NCBI GenBank assembly: GCA_046563655.1
Contig: CM102285.1
Span: 15,066,001-15,130,000, forward strand
Direction: 5' to 3'
Source: Yuukianura sp. NJ FZ-2021
Taxonomy: Eukaryota
DNA length: 64,000 bases
Shown: one piece after another, positions 1-13,432 of the stretch
How positions within the stretch are numbered: the stretch's first letter is position 1
Layout: each line of letters opens with the position of its first letter
Translations under genes and position numbers: made by a program
The notes under the pieces: model-generated
Told to the model about the DNA's origin: nothing
Seen by the model: only the letters and a program-made list of their open reading frames with translations
The model's database searches: none

Positions 1-852
1 TCAGAAGAAACATGGTGAGCTTATGAGTGTTTTTATTAATAAAGACAGACTTCTTGTCTTTTCACTTTATTATGGATGTACAGCATGATCCAAAAGTAAG
101 ATAGTTTTGTTTTGAAAGTATCATGGGGTAGTTTTGTGCTAAAAAGTGGAAACGTGTTGAAAGTCTTGTACTTTTGTGAAGTATGAGCAAATGATTGTAG
201 TGGGATTTACGACTTTCTCTTGAACTACAGAAACTGCTTGACTTTCACCCTCAACCGCAAAATCCAATAAAAATCAACAGCATTTGGCACAAGCAGAGAA
301 AGCATCTGCTTCCTCCGCCAATAAAAATTTCTACTTCCTTTCAAAACCAAAAATTTGAAATTGACTTTTCAAAATTTCGAAATTTATAAACACAACGAAC
401 GGTTTTTCAATTTTGAGAAAAAAAAACTTCCGGAAAAGCAAGACGCGTTTTAAAAAATTTACTTGAGCCACACCGAGGAAACTTTTATTAAAAAAATAAG
501 TTTTCTGATGAAGATTTTTGGTTTCTTTTTCAGTGGCGTTGCTTTTGACAATAATTTCATGCAAATTTTTTTAGTTTCTTCTAAAAATTCATTAAAATTG
601 TGCAGTGACTTTGGAAATGTGAAAGGTCAAAGGTCACCCGGATGACCTTTTGGCGGGAAAATTGAAAAGAGACTAAGAATTGATGTGCTTTTGAGATTGG
701 AGTAACGATAGGACACGAGTAATGGCCGTGCCATTAGGTTGTTGAATGACTACGACTTTTTGTTATCTTCTCAAAAAGTGAAAGTGAAAGTGGCGGAAGT
801 GAAATTCCAAAGTGCGGTGAAATTTAAAAAATGAAAGTTTTTTTGAACTTAC

Positions 853-3800
853 GACGACGCCAGAAGATCCGATGAAGAAGTGGAGACTCTGCGTGACGTC
901 TGCTGCATGAATGTCATTGTGATATGGATTCTTTTTAAACGTGTAACCAAACTCTACTGCTGAAATAAAATTGTCCAATTTGGCCAAATTGATTTTGAAC
1001 TTTTGGAGAATTCCGTATCGGCTAAATAAGTCTTTCACGACGTACTTGAGACTGTGACTATTCGACTTTTCATGCAGTTTGAAAATATCAAAGTGCCAGT
1101 TGCTGATTTCCTGTTAAAAACAAACAAAACTTTTAACTTTCTCCAAAAAAAAAGTTTTTTGAAACTTTCTTTTTGAAATTTGAATATTCAAGGAACATGA
1201 AACGTGCTTGTCTGTCATTGTTTCAACTTTGTGCTTCTTTGAACATCCGATTTTCATCTGAGCATGACACGGTCCCATTATTTTTCAATTTGACTTTCAC
1301 TTTTTACAAAAAAATATAAAAATAAAAGTTGTGTTCGCTTCCTTGCGCTTCCGAAGCGGAAAAGTACTTAAGAAGGAAATTACTTTCTTTTTTCGGAAAA
1401 TCCTCTTCAAAATTTCACAATCTGATGGAAATTCAACTACTTTAAAAATAAAACTACTTTTTGAAATTCAACTCACAATTTTGAGAAAAGCGTCTTAAAA
1501 TCCCTCCATTGAGGTTAAATGTGCATAAAATAAATTTTGGGGAGAAAAGAAGCGGTTGGATTTGATTGTCTTCTTGAGCTCCCGCCTAATTTTTTTTCTT
1601 TGAGTTTTGTGCTTTCTCTTTTTTGGTTTTTGAAGTGATTCCAAAAACATTTGGACTCTCTGAGAGTACTTTTTTGGACGTTTGTAGGATTTTGAAGATG
1701 AAAATTTAAAGAAAAACATGAGGATTCCTGAGATGACGGCAGAAGAGCCCTTGACAGTCAAAAGCACAAAAGCAAAATTCCTTCCGCCAAATGAAAAACA
1801 AATTCTTCTGGACGAAGACTCAAAAGAACACTTTCTCCAAACGAATTTTTTCATTCGAAATTTCAATTTCACGTTTTTCCTTTTCGAGAAACACGTTTCG
1901 AGTTTTTTGGTAGGCTGACAAAAAAATCTAATCTTACTAAAGTGAAAGTCCAAGTAAATCGAAATTAGACAAGTTTTTGATAATTTTGTTGTACTTCCCC
2001 CGAAAAAACTTTTGCTTAAATTTTGGATTTTCGCAGGAAAGAATCTTTTTGGAGGGCGTCAAAGTTAATTTTTTTTTTGTTAAAGACTTTACAGTTGGCT
2101 AGTAATTGTGTGATGAAGGGTTTTGTTTTTCTTTGTTTTTGGACATCAAAGCAAGAGTTTGAAAGTTGACTTTGTTAGAATATCTAAAGTTAGGATAGGC
2201 ACAGTTAGGTTATTTTAGAATTTAATTAAAGTTAGGTTTGCATTTTGGGCGTTGGAATTAGGCATTGATTTTTCATTATTCAAAGAGAGTGGGAACTCTA
2301 AACCCAAATTACGTCGTCAGCGACACAAAAGAACCAAGTATGCTCTCTTTTCAATTCTAAAAGCACACGTTTTCAGTACATAAATTCCCACTTTCACTAA
2401 ATATGAACGACCAAAGTGCACTTTTTAGAAAACATAAAATATAAAATCTGTCTTTCTTTTTTCAAAATTTTCTCCTCACTTTCACCTTTTTATGAAAAAA
2501 GTTAGTGACAAACCTTTAAAGAGGAAGCAACTTCTGGTGGGATCTGAAGAGTGTTTGAGCTCAGTTGTCGATAGAATCGATCCACGAACAGTCCCACCCG
2601 AATGGCATTGGCCACCGATCTTCAATAATAAAATAAAATATATTATATTATTTATTATATTATTATAAATATTTGAGATTCCTCACCGGAACCTTGGACG
2701 TGGCTCGAGAGCTTTGCTTCTGGGTGGGAAGTTTCGAGTGAAAGTGGAGGCTAGCCATGCTTTCACTTCGTCCGGAATCACTTCCTCCTCAACTTCAGAC
2801 AATTCGTGGTCAGACTCCTCTCCACCCCCGGTTCTGAATTTTTAAAACACACTTTTCAAAATAAAATCAAAATTTTGAAACTAATTTCAAAACGAAAAGC
2901 AAAAAGTCTAATCTTGGCATTTATTGTGAGTAATTTTCATTTGAGGCTCATAAAGCATAATTGGAGAAAGTAGCGGAAGGAAGTGAGTTGTAAACTGGTG
3001 GATTTTGTGTTTATTGCGTTTTGTTAGGTTAGTCAAAATTAGGTTATGTTTAGGTTAGGCAGTGAAGGATTCATTCATTTGTTTCAAAAACGTACTAAAA
3101 AGCCAAAAGTACAGAGAGTTTCAACAGTTTTAGTTGCACATAAATCAGGACACACGACACTTTCTCCGGGAAAGACACAAGAGGAACCAATTTGTCAGTT
3201 GAAGTTAGCGGAAAACAGAAGGAAATTGTTAAGCTGAAGCGATACAAAAGAGAATCGGAGGAAGTGAGGTCAAAGGTCAACAGGAAACGAAACACTGCAA
3301 TAAATCTCAGCTCATCACCTCCTCCTTCCTCCAAAATTTATTTTCAAAATCTACTTTCCAAAATCCACTTTCCAAAATCTACTTTCGAACATGCACTTTC
3401 CGAAATGTCCTTTACAGAATTTAGAAAGTTGTGTTTTCAAATGTAAATTTAAATTGCTCCTCCACTTTCACCTGCAATAAACTCAAATTACTCCACTCCA
3501 CTTCCGAAATCTCGAAACAACCTTGTTTTTCTTTACAATTGTAAAACGTACTCTGCAAAATGAAATTTCTGGACTGGAAAAACTATTTTTTAGAAAAACT
3601 TCTTTTTTAGATTAAAGTTGAAAAGAAAACGTTGGATTGGATTTGGGTTTGATGAGTGGTGAAAGTTTGTGTAACCACGCTTCAAAACGTTCTTTGAAAA
3701 TGCTAAACTTGGGTTTTGTGGACCTAATGCTTCTTTTGATCTCAGGATCTTTCAATTTCACTTTTCAAAAACTTTATTCAAAACTAACTGCTGAATTAGC

Positions 3801-6306
3801 ACTCCAAGTACTGAGCTAATCACTCAAAAAAGTGAAAGTGTTCAGAAATTCAAAGTGTTACTTTTTGGGAATCTTTTAAAACTGCATCAGTAAGATATGC
3901 AGCGTCTTTGAAAAAATGAGTTTGACAGTTTTTTAAAGATTCGCTCTGTACAATTTCCTTCCTTCTGTGTTATTTTTTATGAAGCGGAGAAAGTTAATGG
4001 TCGACTGAGTTTTTGTGTTATTTTTGGAGAAGCTGTTAAGGACTTTCTCCGTCTCGCATTGACTCTTGCTTCACAGCATGACGCCTTCTCTCTGTTAATC
4101 TTAATCAATTCAATTGTTCCCGCTCTGGACCAAGATGGACACGTAGAGTGCAGGATGTGGACACACAAGAGATGTGGACATCTCTGGACGTCTTATTCTC
4201 GTTACCAAAGTCAGTAAAGACTCAAACGTTATGGAGACGACGGGATCAAAGGAAGTTTTTGCCATTCTTCTTTCGTACTGGTTGCCATGGCAACCGATAC
4301 GAATAAAACGGGTTCCTTTTTGCCCTGGTTCTTTGGAAATTCTAGCTGAAATGTTGAGAAAAACGCAACGTCTCATTAGAGCTCTTTAGACTCTGTCATC
4401 ATCGTTTTCGCAGATTTACACAACTTTTCAAAAGAAAATGTCCAATAATCCAAAGCACTTTTCCTCTTGATGTCAAATTGTTTATGAAAACTGACAAAAC
4501 TGAATACATGTTTATGAAAAAAATCGATCCAAAAGAAATTTGGTTTCCGGTTACTCCAAAGTATAAAATTCAAAACTGTTCTCAACATTTTCAAAATTTG
4601 ATATATCACCTACAAGCCCACTGAAAGAGGAGAGGAAAAGGGAGAGAGTTTCTATTCTAAAACACTTTTTTTAGTTTTAATCAAAATATTTAATAAACTT
4701 TCAAAATTTTGAATTTTTGTTTCAAAAAGATGAAAAGAAAAACAGATGAACTAACTTCTGGTTTACAGGCTAATTGAGCCACAAAAACATTGCGACAGTG
4801 GCGTGCGAATCGAGCAGCAAGAGATGAGTGAATTGTTGGTCTAAATTCTACTAGAAAAAGCTTCTAAGTTTGAGATATCTACGAATTGTTGTAAAAGCCT
4901 AAGATTTTTCTAAAAATGCAAGGCTGTTCTAAAAGTCTATGACTTTTCTAAAAAATGCAAGCTGTTCTAAAAGTGACTTTTTCTAAAAACCGGATTGTTC
5001 TAGAAATGAAAGATTGTTGTGAGGTGGAGTGAGAGTGATTGATGAAAATATGAACCTGGATTGGAGTGGAAGACGCCTGGAGTCTGTCGGAGAGAGTGGC
5101 TGGTCCCCTCTGGAAGAGACAGAGGACACATAGCATGAGATGTCAGAGGTCAAGAGGTCAAAGGTCAAAGGTCAAGGACATACAGAGGCTCATTCAACAA
5201 CAGTTCGTCCACTGACTCTATTCTGGCCAAGTGGTGTCGACTGCGGAAGAGAGCAGCAGACGCCGCAGCATCTTTGGTCTTAGCACAAACGAATGCAGAA
5301 GAACTGAAACAAGCACAGTTGTTAGAGCCCTACACTACTCCGCACCTAGATTTTCAAAATTTTCAAAAAAATTTCAAAATTTTGTTCATTTTTTAGAAGT
5401 TTAGAGCGTAAAACTTTTTATACAAAAGAACAATCTTCAACTAGCGGAAAGTGAAACAAAATATTATTTTTCCAACTTTCTCTTTTGTGAATGCCGTTAG
5501 ATTTTGGTAAGTTTGGTTTTCTTGTTCAGAAATCAAAATTTTTACAGCTTTCTAAATTTTGTTCAAAATTTTCGAAAACGTTCAAAATTTTAGCGACTTC
5601 ACTTCATCTCTGTTGGTTTAATATCAACGGAAGACGTAAATACCTGAATAGAAATGATGCCAACAATAATTTTTTGAAATTTTCTTTTGTGAATGGCGCC
5701 AAACTTTGCCATTTTCGTTTCCCTTGATTGGAAATCAAACTTTTAAAACTTTTTAAATTTTGTTCAAAATTTTGAAAAATGTTAGTAGTTAAGTTCTAGG
5801 CATGGAAAGAAAGCAATAGAATAATTTGCAGATAATTTGGAGTTATAAGCTAACCTGTCGATGTTGGCCCCGTCCTGGATGATGTCCAGTGCATACTGGA
5901 TGTTTCTGCGGAGGATGTCAGGGGTCATGTCCTCCGTGACCCCACTGGCCAACTTGTCCACAATCAACTTCAGTCTCTGCGTCACACTGGACGTGGTCAA
6001 CACGTCCAGGTCATCGCGCAGGTCAATCACAGGGTCCTTCTTCCGCATGATCTTCAGACCATTCGTAGGCTCATCATTCGCCACTGAAACAAAGGCAAAA
6101 TTCACAATTTCTCAAATAATTTCTTCAAATAAAATCAAAACATTTCACAAATTTTGCAAAAGTTCCAATTTTCGCAAACAATTAGGATTTGTTGAACTTT
6201 TGTGTGTGCTAAATTGCGTTTTATGGCACGAATTACCTATCTGATAAGTGGCTCCGTCAATATGAAAAGTGGCACTGTGACACCGAAACATTTTGTCTCG
6301 TGACAT
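853..6306 (-). CDS. PDE1: Ca2+/calmodulin-dependent cyclic nucleotide phosphodiesterase 1 (5' part; remaining catalytic exons lie beyond the left edge)
   Basis: Exons 6306-6237 (MSRDKMFRCHSATFHIDGATYQI), 6083-5855 (VANDE...DGANIDR), 2833-2687 (ELSEVEEEVIPDEVKAWLASTFTR), 2619-2514 (RSVANAIRVGLFVDRFYRQ), 1110-853 (WHFDIF...NPYHNDIHAADVTQSLHFF). Junctions are GT-AG and phase-compatible. The motifs are PDE1 hallmarks, including the class I PDE NPYHN..HAADV motif. Confidence 0.93.
4281..4294. promoter_or_regulatory. RFX X-box (perfect palindrome GTTGCCATGGCAAC) in a PDE1 intron
   Basis: Exact canonical X-box sequence; the palindrome extends to 16 bp (4280-4295). Confidence 0.6.
5184..5303 (-). 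CDS. PDE1: Putative in-frame cassette exon of PDE1 (40 codons)
   Basis: TTTCAG acceptor, GTATG donor, 120 nt, phase 2-2, open in the PDE1 frame (SSAFVCAKTKDAAASAALFRSRHHLARIESVDELLLNEPL). Confidence 0.55.
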
Positions 6307-6919
6307 GCTGGACACTGCTGTGCCTTTGGAACTTAAGTGACAGTCACTCACTTTCATAACATCCTCTGATTTTCAAAAGGTCACTCAAAAGGTCAACAAG
6401 TCACTAAAAGTCACAAACTCTCCGTTTTTCACACTAACATGACCTTTCCCTTTGACACTTCCGACTCCTCTCCACCTTTTTTCCAGAGATTAGATAATTT
6501 TTTTGGTTCATTTTGATCCAAAGTGACAACACAAAGTTAGCCGCTGGACAGAGAGTGATTAGTGGCCCAAATCCAAAGGAGTTCCAAGGTAAATCTGTTG
6601 ATTAAGCCCAATAAAACTCAAAGTACTTTGGAAATGAGAGTTTAAGCCAAGGAAATTGGTGGCCTCAGGCCAAATGCACTTAGCCTAACTAACCTAACCT
6701 AAGTTAGGTTATGGTTTGGAACGTTCCCAGCGTTGGAGAAGTTAATACCCGATAATACCCGGGAGCTTTCAATGCTAATCAGATTCTTATATTTGGAGAT
6801 CCACCAATAAAAAGCTAACTCAAGAGTGGAGCTAATGTGAGGAAAACGTGCTTAGAATGATTGAATTTCAGCCTGCAGTAATCACGTTCCCAAAAACTTT
6901 CTCTTACTGCACGCGATTA

Positions 6920-7300
6920 ATGTCTTCAACTGAACTTTATGAGACATCTGGCAATCCTTTCTTCAGACCAAAATAGTTACTCCCTCCAAATCCAAAAATC
7001 TTGTGAAATATGCACTATAGTCTATAAATTTCAAGTTAGTCAAATTTTAACTTGAAAGGGTCTTCAACTGAAGATTACGAAGCATGTGGCAACCCTTTCT
7101 TCAGACCAAAATAGTTACTCCCTCCAAATCCCAAAACCGAGAAATAGCCATTCTAATCGATGACTAATCGTTATAGAAATCTGAATACACATTAATCAAA
7201 ATTTGAGTTAAAATGGTCTTCAACTGGAGTTTAGCAAATATCTGGCAACTTTTTCTATGAACCAACATAGTTACTCCCTCCAAATTTCAAAATCTTGAGA
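6920..7300. repeat. Diverged tandem repeat, 3 copies of ~140-157 bp
   Basis: TCTTCAACTG...TGGCAA...ACCAA(A/C)ATAGTTACTCCCTCCAAAT recurs from ~6923, ~7061 and ~7218; a lone core copy lies at ~11657. Confidence 0.8.
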
Positions 7301-10300
7301 AACATCCTTTTAGTCAATTACTAATCACTTTAGTCTATAAAATAGGAACTTAATCAAAGTCAAATTGAGTTAATCAAAGTGAAATTAAGTTAATCAAAGT
7401 TAAGAAGAACTTAATCAGAACGAAGTGGAACAAAGGTTATTCGGTTAGTATTTTTTGGAGACAGTGATTGATGATTTTGATTGGATTTGATTTGACGAGG
7501 AAGAAAGTGGAAGACAAAGGGATTGGAGTGGGCAGTTCTGTTGGATGAAGGGCCTGTGGGGACCCTTAAGCCAAAACCCAAAACTTTCTCCCGGGTAAAA
7601 TAACAATTGATCCGACTTCTCCCTCACGGCAGGACAAAGTAAACATAATCCAATAAGCCAAGAAAAAAATAGACTATGGAGGTTTTTCCTTCAAGAGGAA
7701 GAAAAGGTGATGGAAAAAATGGCCTTTCCTCTACTTTCTTCTTCACAAAAATTCGTTTTCAAATCTCCCCCGCCATTTCTTGACCATTTTTTCTCCTTTT
7801 TTCTTTGAACTTTCTATGAATATTTTTACTTTTAGTTTGCTCAAAAGGAGAAAATCGGACTTTCCATTTTGAAAATCAAAGAAAATGAGAGTGACCTTAG
7901 CCTAACCTAAACCTAACGTAAACCTAATGTAAACCTAACAAATGTCGCAGTGTTTGTTCCTGTGGGAGAAAGTGGATTTACTACATTTGTTTTCCAATCG
8001 GTTTTACACTCAAACGGAACATGGCCAGTGGCTACGCTCGATTTAGTTTACGGAAAAAGTAAAAAAAAATTCAGGGAAAGCGGAATTCAATTTTTTTGTG
8101 AAAGGCAAGAGAAAATTCTCAAAGCGGAATTTCCTTTTTACTTTTTTTTTCCAAATTTCTGAGCAGATTTTTCAGAATATTATTGACATTCCATCCACGA
8201 AGTATTGGAGACCTTCAAAAAATGAAATTTCTGAGGAGAAAGTATTTTTTTTTAAATTTTGTCTAACTAAAATTCCAGTCACAATGAATACGGTGAAAAG
8301 TTGCATGTTTGTATTCTGAGTTTTTGGCAGCTAGGTTTGCTGGGTCTCTGGAGTTCTGATTCGACAACTTCAAGAATTGAAACCAATTTTTCAAAAAAAT
8401 ACTTTTTTAATGCAAGGTAAAAATTCCAATTTCACTTTCACTTTCACCGGAAACACGAAAAAGTAGGAAGAATTGAAAATCTTGCAAATTATTGTGAGAT
8501 TGTTGGGCTTAACTTGTACACGTCGAATTGAAACTTCACTTTTACTTTTGTTTCAACTAGTTATTTGCACTCTAATTTTCTTTTAGTGATATGGAAAGTG
8601 ATTTAGAATTGTTTTAAGGTTGAAGTGAGGCCGTCGTAGTGTAGTTGTGTCCACGAGAGACAGAGAGTGACTGAAGGGAAGACGTGGAAGCGTGTCTGCA
8701 CAAGAGTTGGGTTGAGATTGCCATAGAAACTGCCAGGAGAAAGCAAACCTCCCGCTTTCTCTTCTTCAAGCAGCCACTTTCTCCTTATGACAGTCTCAGC
8801 ATAATTCAAACCATGAATGGACTCAATTCCCACTAATCACAACAACAATACTACTTTTTTACTCCAACTTTTCAAAAAAGTTTAATTTGTTTTTTAAAAA
8901 AGCGATTTCACTTCTTTCAAAAACTAGAAATATGGTGGGAAAAGTATGTGCTGCTGGTGGAATTAATTTTTGAAAAATGGTTTTTGGAGAAATGGGTGAT
9001 GAATTTGGAGAAATTGAGTTTTGAGAGGAAAGGAATTTGTCAAACTTTCTAAAAAAGAAGTTCGGATGAAGACGCAAAGTGAGTGAAGATTTGTGAGTGA
9101 TTGAAATGCTCAAGTCGTGGACTGATCAGCAGCCGATGTTCCTTTTCCCGCTTAAAAACACATTTGTGCCTCTCTTCTTGGAAAAAGAAAGTAAAAGTTT
9201 TCACTTTGTTCTCATCGCTTCAACTTATTCTGCCAGATTGTGAGTCATGATAAACTTTTCTTCAGAATTTCACTTTTCCTTGGGAAAAAGTCTTCAAAGT
9301 CTCCCTGATTTGGTTACCATTTTCCAAACTTAATTTGGCCAACTTTCTTCTCAACAGCACAGACTCAATCATCACCATTTCCAAAAACTTCACAAAATAA
9401 AAATTTTTTTGCTTACTACAAAAAATCAAAACAAAATTTTCAAAAATTCGAAAACTTTCTCTTCTAAAAGAAAAAAATTAAAACAAACACTTACACAGAC
9501 TGTCGAAAAACTCTCGCCGAAAATTAGTTGTTTCTTCCACAAGGTGTTTTTAGTGCAAATTAAAAAAGTTTTGGCAACACTTTTTTGTTTCTAAAAATGA
9601 ATTTGACGGTGCGTGTGACAGAATGACAATGAAGGTGGAAAGTTGCACAATCCCGAGATTCGCTTGTTCTAAACACAAGTTTTGTTCTAAATCGGGAAGT
9701 TGTTCAAACAGGCCGCCTAGGGTGGTTGTGTGTGTAGTGGTGAAAGTAATTTCTAATTTTGTGTTCTTGGGTTGTGTCTAAACCTGGGAAGAGGCGGATG
9801 ACTCTATCAGTCCACAATAATATCGGTTTATCGATTCACATTTTCACTAGGAAGAGGAACAGAGTTGTCTGCATGGGCCAAGTAAGTTAGTTTGTTCCCA
9901 AAAGAGACTAAAAAAGCTCTGAGGTTGTTCAGCTAAGATTAGAACAGAAAACAAATCAACGTCATAATCAAAAAACACACAGAAACCCATTCAACCGTCA
10001 ACTAAATGTCAAAACTTTATCAAAAACATCACAAAATAGACAAACAAACAAAGCCGATGCGTAGATTTTCTTTGGTAAAACTCTGCAGATTCTTTAAAGT
10101 AAGAAAATGTGACTGAATTGAAGAAAACTAACCATGAAATCATTTGGGGAGAAGCGGCAATATGTTTCAGAGAAAAAGGTATTGGAGGGAGTAACTATGT
10201 GAATTTGTTTGGAAAAGAGGCGGGGAGCGATGTGAAAGGTTTGTGATGGTTGTTGGGATGAGTCTTTTATGTAGATCACTTTTGAGATTGACGCAATAAG

Positions 10301-13300
10301 AAAGTGCGACATTCGGAATAGGCGCTTTCCCTAGAGAAACTTTTTCCTAACTTTCATTTCACTAAAACACGCACAAAAAACAAAGTGCTTCCGAATTGAG
10401 GAATTCCACGCACACCAACTTTCACTTGTGTAATCACCTCAAAAAATCACAATCACTATCAGAATTTCTCAATTCATCCCAAAATTTCGAAATTCTCAAA
10501 ACCTTGACGCATAACTGAAGAAACATGTGAAACTTGAGAAACTAATGTAATTATTTGAATTTCAAGAACCCTTGGTGAATCAATTCAAAATACTATTTTT
10601 TATCTGAAAAGGCTGAGTGTCGATGTTTCCTGAATTTTTGTGATTTTTTGAAAGTAGAAAAGAGCGGAAATGGAAGCTCATTTTGGCGTTGCGTTGAAAT
10701 TGTAGTTTTTGGTGAAAGGTCGGAAGTGAAAGTCATAAAACGAAACATTTGAGTGTAAGTTGCTGCTAAGGGTACAGGGAGACTTCGTGCCAAGGGTACC
10801 AAAGGACACAGGAAACCTGTGGCTGCGGTCAACCGAATGTCAATGTCAGCCCCACTTTCACTTCCGCTTTCACTTCCACAAAATCAAAGCCACTCACATC
10901 TTAAACTTCTTCAAGGAAACACTAAACACGCGGCGGTTTTCCGTTTTCCGAGAGAAACCAAAACTCAAATTTTAGTAAACATTTCTGAGGATCTCATTTT
11001 CAAAAAACGACCGAAATTTTCAAAAAATTAAAAAGAGAATAACATTTTTTTACGTTTTAACATTACAATTTGCCTGTCAATTTTTTTTGTCATTTTTTGT
11101 TGCTGTTGATTCTAACTGAACATGAATGATCTCATTTTTTAGTCTATTTGATCTTCCGGTGCTACTTTCTCAACAAGATTCAAACTTCAAATCGCATCAA
11201 AAGAAATTGCTACAACTGTCAAAGAAATTACAAAGAAACTCAAACAATTTCGAAAAAAGAGAATTTTTTTTTGGAAAACGGAGTGAAATAAGCTGATCGG
11301 ATCAAATCCAATATCTTTTTCAGGTGGAACTTTTTTTCCCGTGTGACGTGATTCGAATTTCTGAAATTCCCGGTAGAGGATTTGCCAAATTCGGTTTTCT
11401 CCGACTATCGGTTTTTCCCAGGAGAAGGAGCAAAGGCGTCTCGAGGTAATTTTTGAATAGAGTCACAAGTCCTTTGAAATTATCCATCCAAAGCCTCACC
11501 TTCGACCTTCCAAGGATTTGGACACAAAGTGAGGAAAAAGCGGGAAAATATGTAATCTGATTCAAGAGTCCAACAGATTCAATTAGACTTTCTATTCATC
11601 TGGATATCAAACGAATCTGACAATTCTGAGTTTTAGTCTTCTCTCAAAAATTCCTGTAGTTACTCCCTCCAAAATCTGAGTAGAAGCGATTATATTTTAA
11701 AAGGATGCAAATGAAAGTTTTAGCATCTCAGACGCTTTTTAGTTTTCAAAAAACCGCTTTTCATTTTGGCGCTGTTTTTTATTTGGTGGGTTTCGTGCTT
11801 TCCAGTGGCTTGGGAGAAGATAAAGCATAATTAAATGAAGAAGGGAGGCGTGCTGGAGGAAGCGAGAAGCGGACCGCCAAAAATCAAAATTTCGAGAATT
11901 GCAAAGCCTTTTCTCCGGGGAAAGTTTTTTCCTTATCCTTTTCCTCGCTCCTTTGCACGAATTTCTAAGCTCCTTAAATCATTCAATTTTCGCTTGCAAA
12001 AAACTGTTTCGTTTTAAATTGCAATGTTTAAAAACTGCTTTCGTAGAATTGTTAATTGTTGCTAAAAACTTGTTTTAATGAAAATTGATTTTGGACAAGC
12101 ATTTTACACGTGCTTGCTGGGGCTTCGCCGACTTTCTCCAAAAGTAATACGATGATGATGGTGTTTCAAAAAAAAAATTTGATTTTTTTCTGCTTTAATT
12201 TTGAATTAGTTTCTGCATTTTACCTGTGACTGATTCCGGTTCTTCTTCTTTTTCTTCGGAGCAGCAGTCGCAAATTTGACACGAAAAAAGGAATTTCCGT
12301 AACGACAACATTCTCCACAAGAATAAAAAATTCAGACGTTCTTTTTTAGTAATGAGTGTAAGTGTAATGAATTTTTTTTAGCAAAATGCTTCTTTTCACG
12401 TTTTCCTGCTGCGAACTTTCACTTTCGCACGCTTCCTATAGTCGACGTGACATTTTGGAATTTCACCATCAAACTTCTGGTTTTGAAAAGTTTTTGTGTG
12501 TGTCCATACTCATGATCGTCCACGTCGAGACAAGATTCGCTTTCTTTTTTTGACAAGTGTCAAATTTTCATGGAAAAGAGAGGAGAAAGCGCGTCATGCC
12601 GAAATTACCTCAGCAAGTGACAGGCAGCAGTGTCTCTTCTGTTCCAAAATGAAACTTTTGTGCTTCCACTTGCACAACTTTGTTTAACTTTCAAAAAAAA
12701 AGTTTTCAAAAGTGGTTCCTTTCTTCTGTTTTTCTTTACTGAGTACAAAGGCTCTTCAAATACCAAATCCCAACAACTTCATTCTGCACGTTCACTCAAC
12801 ACAAAAGGTTCAACTTTCTCCTCAAAGAAAAACAAGTTCCTCACACTCAATTATTTCTGTCACCTCCACGTCAGAGTTCACACCTTGTCACGCTTCACTT
12901 TTCCAAAAAATTCATTAACTACTGCACAAAAGTTTTTTTGAACAAAAAAAATTTGGAACTAAAAAAGTTCCACTTTTTAATTTTTGTTGTAACTTTTGTA
13001 ATTTTTGTTGTGCTTTCACTTGTAACTGGACCTCCTCTGGGAAAGAATGGACGATTAATCAGGAAATTGTGGGCAGAGGAGGAGGGAGAGCTCAGTTTTG
13101 TGTTGTTTGGAGAAAGTGACTGATGGAGGAAGTTGGGTGGGTACAAAGAGGCTACTTCTGCCTTACTTCAACGGCTGCCCTACTTCAACCGCACAGTATC
13201 CGGAGAGAGCAAGAGTCGATTAAGGAAATGAGATTGTCTCAAACGGAACAACAGAAAGTTACACAAAGAATTGAGCGGTAGACCTAATTGTCCAGATCAA

Positions 13301-13326
13301 TTTCATCAAATGGACATGGAAGGGAG

Positions 13327-13432
13327 TAACCTAACTCTGAGGTAACTAAACCTAGAAGTTAGCCTAACATGACCTTTAGCCTAACGTGAGTTAGCCTAAT
13401 CTGAAGTTAGCCTAACATGAACATAACCTAAT
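13327..13432. repeat. Degenerate interstitial (CCTAA/TTAGG)-like tract
   Basis: Repeated TAACCTAAC/GCCTAAC units; similar patches at ~2190, ~3030, ~6690, ~7900, ~39200, ~45070-45190 and ~62450. Confidence 0.6.

Noticed and set aside
4110..4389. ORFs 4110-4376 (-) and 4174-4389 (+) as genes
   Set aside because: No recognisable domain and no convincing in-frame splice link to PDE1.
13327..13432. True telomere or telomerase RNA template
   Set aside because: Short, degenerate and interstitial; similar CCTAA patches are scattered through the window.
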